Shown piece after piece: positions 27,935 to 38,905 of a DNA stretch of 64,000 nt. Each line of letters begins with the position of its first letter. Position 1 is the first letter of the stretch. The DNA lies in NCBI RefSeq assembly GCF_018350175.1, contig NC_058384.1:63674001-63738000 (forward strand), written 5' to 3'. Under the pieces are notes generated by a model. It searched no databases. It worked only from the letters and a program-made list of their open reading frames with translations, and was not told where the DNA came from. The position numbers and the translations under genes were made by a program. This stretch comes from Felis catus. Taxonomy: Eukaryota.

Positions 27935-28745
27935 ATCAAAACCACAGTGAGATATCACCTCACACCTGTCAGAATGACTAACCTTAACAACTCTGGGAAC
28001 AACAGATGTTGGCGAGGATGCAGAGAACGAGGGACACTTCTCTCTGCTGGTGGGAACGCAAACTGGTGCAGCCACTCTGGAAGACAGTGTGGAGGTTCCT
28101 CAAAAAATTAAAAATAGAACAACCGTACGACCCAGCGACTGCACCGCTAGGTATTTGTCCAAAGGCTACAAGAGTGCTGATTCCAAGGGGCACATGCATC
28201 CCAATGTTAAAGCACCACTATCAACAATAGCGAAAGGATGGAGAGACCCAAATGTCCATCAAGGATATGGACATGATGAATGGATAAAGAAGATGTGGGG
28301 TATATGTGTATACACACACATACACACACACACACACACACCACTGGAATATTTCTCAGTGATTGAAAAGAATGAAATCTTGGCCTTTGCAACAATGTGG
28401 ATGGAACTAGAGTGTATTGTGTTACGTGAAATAAGTCAGCCAGAGAAAGACAAATATTATATGATTTCACTCATAGGTGGAATTTAAGAAATACAACAGA
28501 TGATCATAGGGGAAGGGAAAAAAAAGAAGATAAAAACAGAGAGGGAGGCAAACTGTGAGAGACTCTTAAGTACAGAGAACAAATTGAGGGTTGCTGGAGG
28601 GGGGATGGGCTAACTGGGCCAGGGACATTAAGGGGGACACTTGTTGGGATGAGCACTGGGGGTTATATGTAAGTGATGAATCACTAAATTCGATTCCTGA
28701 AATCATTATTACATTACATGTCAACTAAAAAAGAAAAGAAAAAGT
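27935..28745 (+). mobile_element. 5'-truncated carnivore L1 (ORF2 C-terminus and 3'UTR)
   Basis: WWERKLVQPLWKTVWRFLKKLKIE.PYDPA...; EILAFATMWMELECIVL.EISQ.EKDKY.MISL. Confidence 0.92.
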
Positions 28746-28959
28746 GATTTATGTGCACTGAGAAAAGAAGGCTGTGGTCCCCAGATGCCTACAGCTGTTT
28801 ACCGCAATCCACTACGCGATGTTAAGGCTTCCTTGCCTTTGGTCCTCTTGCCTAGGTATCCTCAGCCTAGGAGTATCCTATTCTCTGCAGGGTGGTTAGC
28901 TGCTTTGTGGCCTTTGGGTCTCAGTTTCCAAGTCACCTCTTCAAAGAGAGACTTTCCCT

Positions 28960-31900
28960 GGGGCACCTGGGGGGTTCAGTCAGTTAAGCGTCAGACTCTT
29001 GGTGTTGGCTCAGGTCCTAATCTCACGGTTCGTGGGTTTGAGCCCCACATCGGGCTCTGTGCTGATGGTGTGGAGCCTGCTTGGGATTCTCTCCCTCTCC
29101 TTCTCTCTGCCCCTCCCTGCTCGTTCTCACTCTCTCCCTCTCAAAATAAATCAATAAACATTTAAAGAGAGAGAGAGAGGGCGCCTGGGTGGCGCAGTCG
29201 GTTAAGCGTCCGACTTCAGCCAGGTCACGATCTCGCGGTCCGGGAGTTCGAGCCCCGCATCGGGCTCTGGGCTGATGGCTCAGAGCCTGGAGCCTGTTTC
29301 CGATTCTGTGTTTCCCTCTCTCTGCCCCTCCCCCGTTCATGCTCTGTCTCTCTCTGTCCCAAAAATAAATAAACGTTGAAAAAAAAATTTAAAAATAAAA
29401 AAAAAAAGAGAGAGAGAGGGAGTGAGACTTTTCCTGATCACTCATTTTTCTGTCACAGACTTCTGTTCTTTTCCTTCCTAGCACCTCTCTCAATTTAGAA
29501 TATTTATTTTCTTTCCTTAGTGTCTGTATGCTCATGTAAACAGTGAGCTCCATGAAGACCTACCTGTGTCTTTTTTTAAGATTTTATTTTAGTACTTTTA
29601 GAAATGTTTTATTTATTTTGAGAGAGAGAGAACAGAGCACACACATACGGGAGGAGCAGAGAGGGAGAGAGGGAGAGAGAAACTCCTAAGCAGAGCCTGA
29701 CGTGGGGTTTGATCTCATGAACTGTGAGATCATGACCTGAGCCGAAACCAAAGAGGTGAATACTTAACTGACTGAGCCACTCAGGCGCCCCTAAAGATTT
29801 TATTTTCAAATAGTCTCTACACCCAGTGTGGGGCTCAAACTCACAACCCTGAGATCAAGAGTCACTCCACCGAGCCAGCCCAGGCGCTCCAAGTTAAGTA
29901 AATCTAAATGACATTCTTTGCCCGTGTTACTTTGTTACAAACTAGGCGAATGTCATAGACGGTATATCTTTTTTTTTTTTTTAATTTTTCAAGTTTATTT
30001 ATTTATTTTGAGAGAGACAGAAACAGCATGAGTGGGGAGGGGCAGAGAGAGAGGGAGGGAGGGAATCCCAAGCAGGCTCTGCACTGTCAGCACAGAGTCT
30101 GATGCGGGGCTCGAACCCACAAAACTGTGAGATCATGACCTGAAACTGACAGTCGGGCAACACTCAACCGGCTGAGCCACCCAGGCACCCCGATGGTGTA
30201 GCTTGCTTTCAGAAAAACATAGGTTTCCTGACATGTTCCTTTAAACAGAGAATGGGCTAGAATATAGAAGCATTTTTATTTGACTGAACAACCAATCAAC
30301 CAAAGAATTGATTCTCTAATTAGCTAGCTGGGGAGGCTGGTTTAACAGGGGGCCGTTTTGGGTCATGGCCTGTAGGATACCCAGTGGCTTAGAAAAAGTC
30401 ATCCACATGGGGGCAGCAGAGAGCACTGGTAAAGAACCCCAGGGATTTCTGAAACCTGCTGAAAATTCTAATCCATAAATACTGGGTAACATTGATAGCG
30501 CACTTACCATGGGCTAGGTCCTATGCTAACAGTTCATATGTATTAACTTAATATAATCACTAAAACAGTGACCTATGGGGTGGATGTTATATTTGTTTGC
30601 CCTTTTACAGAAGCTCAGAGAAGCGAAGGAACTTGCCCAAAGTCGTTATCAGTGAGTCAGAGCAGGGGAACGAGCAAAGGGAACAGGTTAAGGAGATTTT
30701 TACACAGGTCACTAGGATTCATGACTGATTGTGGTCCCATTCAGAAGCCAGGAGATACTGGAGTTCTAGCTAAGGGCTTATAGTTAGGTTTGAAGTTCAA
30801 ATGAAACTAGGAGCTAACAAGATGTCTGGCTGAAAAAGAATAACATGAACAGATTGCAGTTAACAGACCCAAGAACTAGAGAGAACTGTCAGGTCCACAA
30901 GTCGCTGAAGGGCCAACATTCAAGAGTAAAGCCCAGGCAGGGACACAGGAATCAGAGTGGTCCCGGAAGAGTCAAGAGGATTTTTTTTTTTTAATGTTTA
31001 TTCATTTTTGAGAGAGAGAGAGAGAGAGAGACAGAGACAGTGAGTGCATGTGCATTACGGGGCAGAGAGAGAGGGAGACACAGAATCGGAAGCAGGCTCC
31101 AGGCTCTGAGCTGTCTGCACAGAGCCCAGTGTGGGGCTCGATCCCATGAACCATGAGATCATGACCTAAGCTGAAGTCTGACGCTTAACTGAGTGAGCTG
31201 CCCAGGCACCCCCGAGTTTTGTTTTGTTTTGAAGTTTATTTATTTTGAGAGAGAGCACGGGCAGGGGAGGGACAGAGAGAGAGGGAGAGAGAGAATCCCA
31301 AGAAGGTTCCGCACTGTCAGCACAGGGCCCAAAGTGGGGCTCAGACTCAGGACTGCCCGAGTTCATGACCTGAGCTGAAACCAAGAGTCAGATGCTTAAC
31401 TGACGGAGCCACCCAGGTGCCCCAATTTCCCCAAATTTCTAGTGGAAGCAAGGAGGGGGTAGAAAGGGATCATAAGGCAAGAAACGAAGTTGTTGCTTTC
31501 ACTGTAGAGATGACGGAGAGGTTAAGCCAAGGGGGAAATGGTTTAGCTATGGCTAACACAAAACCTTAATGTGTTCGAAGCACTTTTTCAGGTGACAGGT
31601 GTGACAGTGCCCGTTTCCACACGGGTCTCTCTGCTTTAGCTCGTGTTTTTACAGTTCATCTCAGGAAATCTGCTCAGCTCTGATGTGGCCATTACGATCT
31701 CTTCAACACCTATTACATGTCAAGGCTTCATGTCGAGAGAGTGAACTTCCAAGGCTCCCCAAACAAAACATTCCTACAGATGCAGCCACCAATGGATTGA
31801 CTTAGCTTAGGGACAGCCGGCCAGGCCCTGGGATTTGTAAAGCTCAGTTGCTAAGTTGAAGGGGAGCCCCAGCCCTCCCTTTCGTTTTCCATTCTGAGCT

Positions 31901-32870
31901 TAGAGGCACTGTGGTTTCTCCCCCGTAGGCTTCAATGGGCACACTGGACACCACACTATTGGAGAAGGCCGTTCTCGGCACGCCATTTCCTCTCTGATCC
32001 TCTCACTGCGGTTGCGCTAAGTTTGGAGACGACGGGTGGGCTCATGGAGAGGCATTACTGCCATGACGTCCACATCGCCAGCATGTCAAGCCACTTCCAG
32101 GATGTGGGTATGGAGAGAACGTGATGTTAGTTTTAGTAGTAGACCTGTTTTTCTTTTGGGGGGGACTTACGTCTTAGGGGGCACCCCCCCCCGACATCAC
32201 AGCTACCTATGTCCTGATGAGTCTCCCTCGAGGGAAAGCGAGGGAGCAATCTATGAAGAAAATGAGGTGAGGGGCGCCTGGGTGGCGCAGTCGGTTAAGC
32301 GTCCGACTTCAGCCAGGTCACGATCTCGCGGTCCAGGAGTTCGAGCCCTGCGTCGGGCTCTGGGCTGATGGCTCAGAGCCTGGAGCCTGTTTCCGATTCT
32401 GTGTCTCCCTCTCTCTCTGACCCTCTCTTGTTCATGCTCTGTCTCTCTCTGTCCCAAAAATAAATAAACGTTGAAAAAAAAATTTTTAAAATAAAAAAAA
32501 AAAAAGAAAATGAGGTGAGAGAGGAGGCTGTTTTCAAAGGAGGAGTTCCCATGGGTTCAAGGGGGGAAATGAGTGAGGTAGAAATTTTTGGCTTTTTCTA
32601 AGGAAGACCTCTTCCCTTCGACCTTCTTTATTGGATAATGTTTATTTTATTTCTGAGAGAGAGAGAGAGAGAGCGCGCGCATGAGGGGGAGAGGAAAAGA
32701 GAGGGAGACACAGGACTGAAGCAGGCTCCAGGCTCTGAACTGTCAGCACAGAGCCCGACGCGGGGCTCGAATTCACGGACTGCGGAGATCATGACCTGAG
32801 CCGAAGTCAGATGTTTAACCGACTGAGCCACCCAGGTGCCCCTCTTCTTCATTTTATTTTATTTTCTATT

Positions 32871-32926
<56 letters not shown>

Positions 32927-35090
32927 TTTTAGAGACAGAGAGAGACAGAGCATGAGCAGGGGAGGGGCAGAGAGAGGGAGACACAGAATCCAAGGCAGGC
33001 TCCAGGCCTTGAGCTGTCAGCACAGAGCCCAACTCGGGGCTCGAACTCACATGACTGTGAGATCATGACCCGAGCCGCAGTCGGACGCCCAACTGGCTGA
33101 GCCACCCAGGCGCCCCACCCCATTCCTTTCAACCTTCTTTTTTTTTTTTAATTTTTTTTTTAACGTTTTATTTACTTTTGAGACAGGGAGAGACAGAGCA
33201 TGAACGGGGGAAGGTGAGAGAGAGAGGGAGACACAGAATCTGAAACAGCTCTGAGCTGTCAGCACAGAGCCCGACGCGGGGCTCGAACCATGGACCGCGA
33301 GATCATGACCTGAGCTGAAGTCGTTGGCTGAACCGACTGAGCCATCCAGGCGCCCCCCTTTCAACCTTCTAAAGTAGAGGCTGTTCATCTTCAGAGGATT
33401 GTGCTTTCCTCATCTTGCTAAAACCCGTTCCCCCTTGAAGCCTCAGCCCTCCTGCTTTTTGAGGACCCCCAGCACCTATTCAGTAACCTCTGTCTGCCAA
33501 TTCCCCTATCGTTCTGGGTGGTTTTAGGAAAATCCACGTGACCTCTAGTTAGTTCTTTTTCTTTTAATGAGTCGCCCCCGCCCCCCAGTTACTTCTTGAC
33601 TTGCTCAACTCCAGTCTGTACCCCTACTTTCCTTATCTTCACCATTTCGGCAACACAGGGTTTTCTTTCTTTCTTCCTTTTTTTAAAGAGAGAATCCACT
33701 TCCAATTTTTAAAAAAAAATTTTTTTTCAACGTTTATTTATTTTTTTTGGGACAGAGAGAGACAGAGCATGAACGGGGGAGGGGCAGAGAGAGAGGGAGA
33801 CGCAGAATCGGAAACAGGCTCCAGGCTCCGAGCCATCAGCCCAGAGCCCGACGCGGGGCTCGAACTCACGGACCGCGAGATCGTGACCTGGCTGAAGTCG
33901 GACGCTTAACCGACTGCGCCACCCAGGCGCCCCTCCACTTCCAATTTTAAGTAACCCCGACACCCCATGTGGGGCTTGAACTCACAACCCTGAGGCTCTT
34001 GAGTCGCATGCTCTACCCACTAAGCCAGCCAGGTGCCCCAACACGGGTTTTTTCTGGAGGGCAGCTTCAGGGCCATGGCAAGGAACGGGAGAGGCAGCAA
34101 TGCTGAGTGTGGAAACATGGGTGGTGTCAGAACCGGATTCTGAGATGGGGCTGGCAGCCATGACGCGTAAGGGTGCAAAGCACAGGGATCAGATTCCACA
34201 TATGTGGGGGAAGGTTCATGATCTGCATGTGACCTCTGTGCCAAGCTTCCAGAAAAAGTAGGTCTGGAACTAAAAGCACGTTTCCTGTTAGGTGCCTTTC
34301 TGAGGACATCTGACACTTTTAACAACTGTGATCCTCTTGAAACACTCACTCTCTTCCCTCCGATTCTACAACAGTTATCACCCCATTTCTACTCTTTCTC
34401 ATTGGCTGTTCCTCTTCAAAGATTCTCCGAGGGCTCTTTTTCTACTTGGACTTTAAAAAAAAAAATTTTTTTTTTAATGTTTATTTTTGAGAGAGAGCAA
34501 GCAGAGAAGGGAGACAGAGAGAGAGAGAGAATCGGAAGCAGGCTCCAGGCTCTGAGCCGGCAGCACAGAGCCCGATGTGGGGCTCGAACCCACGAACCGT
34601 GAGATCATGACCTGAGCTGAAGTCAGACGCTCAACCAACTGAGCCATCCAGTGCCCCTCTACCTGTACCTTAAATGCTGGAATTCTCCCCAAAGCACTCT
34701 CCTTAGCCCTCTGCTGTTCTCTGGAGTTTACCCAAATCTATAGCTTCAACTGCCACTGAAATGTTCGTAATTCCGAATTTCTGACCTATATATCACTAAA
34801 GCTTAAAAAAAAAAAAAAGTAGTTTTCTGTAAAGACCACATATGTACATAGGAAAACAAATTCAAGGGGCGCCTAGGTGGCGCAGTCGGTTAAGCGTCCG
34901 ACTTCAGCCAGGTCACGATCTCGCGGTCCGTGAGTTCGAGCCCCGCGTCGGGCTCTGGGCGGATGGCTCGGAGCCTGGAGCCTGCTTCCGATTCTGTGTC
35001 TCCCTCTCTCTCTGCCCCTCCCCCGTTCATGCTCTGTCTCTCTCTGTCCCAAAAATAAATAAAAAACGTGAAAAAAATTTTTTTAAAAAA
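28960..35090. mobile_element. Can-SINE cluster of ~15 copies, including young TSD-flanked copies at 29179-29407+, 32271-32505+, 33710-33933-, 34866-35090+
   Basis: TSDs AAGAAAATGAGGTGAG, TCCACTTCCAATTTT, AGGAAAACAAATTCAA; consensus-like SINEC_Fc bodies. Confidence 0.85.
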
Positions 35091-36285
35091 GGAAAACAAA
35101 TTCAAACAGTAAAGACGGATCTCAAATAAAAAGCATAAATTCCACCCTGCTCAGGCCCACACTCTTCATGGTCAATTTTTTAATGCCTGTGTAAATGTGC
35201 TGTGTGGATTCTTCGGGCATTGCTTTTTTTTTCCCCAGGTAGTAATTTCCATTTAATTTACTTCTACTATTAGATCTGTATATTCAATCGCCATTGGTCG
35301 TTCAGGCCATCCCACAGGCAGCGAAAACTCCTTCCCTTTCTTTGGAATTCAGCCTCGGGCTACACTCGACTGCCAGCCCCCCCCCCCTTTTTTTTTTACA
35401 GACGACACCGTGAGAAAACGGTCTACACTGTCCCTTTCCAGTCGCTCAATTCAACTTACTCTGGTTCCTATCCCACCGCATCTCTGGAACAAGGTGCTTC
35501 AAAATTACTAAAGGCAATTTTGCAATACCCACTGGGTCACATTTTAGTCCACGTTTACCTAATCGCTTACGTTTATCACTTTGACCAGGTTCCCTGATAC
35601 TTCTCTCCTGGATTCCTTCTTCCCCTCGTCTGCCCCTTCTCAACGCCCCCCTTTCCGGTTCTCTTCCCTCATCTCATTTTTCAGACGCAGACATCCCTCT
35701 CCAGGCCGTCTTATCCACTTCCCCGGCTTCAACAACGATCGACCTTCACACGCTCGCTCGCGCGCACGCACACCTCACACTTTTCCGTCGGGCTGCCAAG
35801 CCACGTTACCGAATATTCAATTGTCTGATAGGCATCCCACAGGCACCGAAAACTCGTTCTCTCCCCCAAAACAAAACAGAAAATGGCATCACTTTCCCCC
35901 AGTTGTCCAAGTCAGAGCGCTGGGAAATAACCTCGGCCTCATCCCCATCCCCGATCTAGTTTTCTCCGCCTGCAGTCGCCCTTCTCTAGGGCGGACCACC
36001 CCCGTCTCCTGCCTGGGTAAAAAACTTCCCAACTGGTCTCCTTGCCTCTAACTTCGTTCCCTCCTATCCATTCTCCCTACTGCAACCAGCGATCTTTAAA
36101 AAATGCAAACACAATTGTTCCCTTCTCGGCCAAGGCTCTTCGAATAAAATCACGGCCCTTCGGATAAAATCAACTAATTTACAAGGCCTTGCGCAATCGG
36201 CCCCTCCCATTCTCACAGGCCTCCTCTGTTACCTCTCCTTTCACCCACAGGCTGCTGACAGCTCCAGAACGTATCCGGCCCCCCG

Positions 36286-36323
<38 letters not shown>

Positions 36324-36399
36324 AGCCCCAATTCCCACCAGTCCAAGGTTCGGCTCTGGCGACACTTCCTTCAGGAAGCGGGCGCTTAAAAGGCAAATG

Positions 36400-37450
36400 C
36401 TCAAAGAATGAAATCCGAGGGGGCATCCGAGCAGCGCTCTCGGCTCCGGACTAAGGTTTACGGAAAGTCCGGATTTACCGGAAGTTCAGGGCAAAGGTCA
36501 AATCCCGATCGTGAACCTTTCCCGAAGTTCGCGGGGCAGTCCGACCCTTGCTAGATTCCGCCCTTATGAGTCATGGCTGCTAGTCCCAGTCTTTCGATGG
36601 GTCTCGAAGTCGACACCGGCCGGCTCCGGCGCCGCCAACGTCCTCACACTCGAGGACGCAACCCGCACTCCCTCCTCGTGACGGCCCTGAAGCCGCCGTC
36701 GGGAAGAACTTGCGTTGCCCGCTTGCCCCAAAGCAAGATGGCTGCCAGTCTCTAGTCTCTCGACCCAAAGTGAAGCTATCCACGCCCCGGTTAATGCCGC
36801 TGCCAGGCTGCCCACACCTAGCATGGCCACCCCGGCTCATGCCTCACTATGGTCTCGAAGCCGCCTCTAACCGGCCAGGTTCCGGGAGGCGCTGCTCCGG
36901 ACGCGGCCGCCTCCCCCCCCCCCGCCTCCCCCGCGCCCGCGGCGGCGGCGGCGGCGGCGGCGGCCGGAGCCCGGATGCGGCGGCGTGCGACGGCACGGGA
37001 GGGCGGCGCGGATGGATCCAACATGGCGGCGCCGAGCCTGAGCCGAGAGTGAGGCGGCGGGGCGGCGGGGTGGGGAGGGGGAGGCGAGCGGGACGGGGCG
37101 GGGCCGGGCGGGGCCGCGGAGGGCTAGGGGAAGGAAAGTGGAGGGGGAGGCGGAGGCGACGTCCAGCCCGAGAACCTCGAGAGAGGGAGGTGACGGGACG
37201 CTGCGAGGTGGGGGAGGGGAGCGGCCGAGGGGGCGTGCGGGGGAGGTGGCAACTGTGGGAGCGAGCAGGGGCGAGGCGGGGGATTGGGCGCGGGGAGGGG
37301 CGTAAACAAGGGCCGGGCCGGGCCCGGCCGGGGGTGCTGGCGCGGCCGAGGTGGGAGTGAGGCTGCGATCCCGCCGGATTGAGGGCGGTGGGCGCGGGAG
37401 GGAGCGGCCGAGGGTGCGGAGGGGAAGAGGCTGGTGGCATGTGGTGGGAG
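36400..37450 (+). promoter_or_regulatory. CpG island / DEDD promoter and first exon (donor at 37049)
   Basis: Very CpG-rich; ETS CCGGAAG, DR1-like AGGGCAAAGGTCA 36488-36500, (GGC)n at ~36941-36963, CCGAGA|gtgagg donor; C38 run at 36286-36323 upstream. Confidence 0.8.
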
Positions 37451-38195
37451 GGACTGGACTCTGGAGAGCGGTCTCGGGAGGGGGTGGGAGAGGGTGAGGA
37501 GGGGACTTCAGACGTGTGGGGGGGCGGTTTTGAAAGTGTGAAATTGGAGGTGGGAGGGGGAAGGGCCTAGGGGAGCATTTGGGTGGAAAAGGAGAGCACG
37601 GAGATTGGGGGGAATGGAGAGCGTGGCGGTGTGACGAGGTAATGGGGAAAGTGAGAGACTAAGAGGAAAGTTTGGGAGGAAGGGGAATGGGCTGGGAGAT
37701 AGGACAGTGGAGCTGCACGGGGGATAGAGGTTGGGGGTTTCCCTTTCCCCGTGGAAGGGAAGAGAGGGCAGAGTTAAGCAGCCTCAGTTGCAACCAATTC
37801 TAATTGCCAGGCCTTTCGCTTTTAATAGGGTGGGAAGGGCAGAAGGGAATGGTTTGGAGAAATGCGGAATTGGGAGAATTAGGGAATTTGGAGAACGGAT
37901 GAGGGTTCAAGTGGATTTGCTTTCCAGAGGCTCCCTGACTTACTGCTCCCTTGTTTTTCCTGGTTAGGGAAAGAAGGGAGAACGGGGAAGCCGGTGTCAC
38001 CGCCACCGAAGTGTAGAAGGAGTAAAGGACTTTTCTAGTTTCTAGCAATTAGCAGTGTAAGAATGGGGAAACAGCCATGCTGGTTTGGAGCCCTACATGC
38101 CAGGGTGGAGGCTCTGGAAGTCTGAGAAAGGGAACAGAAAACAGGATGGCATCTGGGCAGCCTGGATAATTAAATGATTGCTTTAGTTTCCAGAC

Positions 38196-38227
<32 letters not shown>

Positions 38228-38872
38228 CCTTCTGTTTAAGTGCTAAGAGGGAGGGGTCAGCGTTCACATATAGGAAAGGTTCCCTGGTGAAATGTAGATG
38301 TATCAGGAAGCCGGGCCTCAGTGGATATTTTGTTTTCACTGTGTGTAAAGGGAAAGGGTGAAGACAGAATTTGGAGGCTAGCTCTGGTCTGATAAGCGAA
38401 GGGATAGAAAGTGCCTTCTTTGGCTGTAATCATTTCCCTGTCTCCAGTTCTCCCTAAAGTTGAAAGTCAGTATTAAAATGTAACAAAAATGTAACGAAAT
38501 ACGTGGGTCTCATAAGGCATTGAGGAGTCCGGTGAGAAGGTATCAGAGGATGATTGGTTTTCCCGCAAGTTGTTGAATTTGGGACCTTTCTTGCCATGAG
38601 CCACCCAGGCTGGAAATTCTGGGAGTTGGTATTGTTTCGTGAATTGGCCAGCAGAGCGTTAGGGAGGCCTGGGGACTTGGTTGGGAGTGAGTTCTCCCCT
38701 TTAGCCCACAGTGGATCACTTTAATCGAAATGGCTTTAGGTGTGTCTGTGTATTTTTGGAACTGGGACTGACTAATTCTTTGGGCCTTTGATGTTTCAAA
38801 ATCAGGCTTGAAAATTGACTCTTTCCCCCTCATTTGTTTTTGTTTTGCTGCTGGCTTCCAACCTTGTGCTAG

Positions 38873-38905
38873 GAAGAGACCTGGGAAATTAAGTTTCTTG
38901 CAAAG
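38873..38905 (+). other. DEDD: 33-nt DEDD 5'UTR micro-exon
   Basis: Long pyrimidine tract plus TAG acceptor, and a consensus AAG|GTAAGT donor. Confidence 0.75.

Noticed and set aside
23179-28745. L1 ORF2 fragments as active elements or host genes
   Set aside because: Under 1 kb each, 5'-truncated, with frameshifts
23855-35090. tRNA-like A/B boxes (TGGCTCAGTCGG, GTTCGAGCCC)
   Set aside because: These are SINE heads, not tRNA genes
22761-35129. Recurrent ORFs such as MGQRETEHERGRGRERGRHRIGNRLQA... and GAPGWRSRLSVRLQPGHDL...
   Set aside because: Translations of Can-SINE copies, not a gene family
36710-37440. 216-aa and 197-aa ORFs at the DEDD 5' end
   Set aside because: Low-complexity Gly/Arg/Pro frames expected in a very GC-rich CpG island; they cross the exon 1 donor
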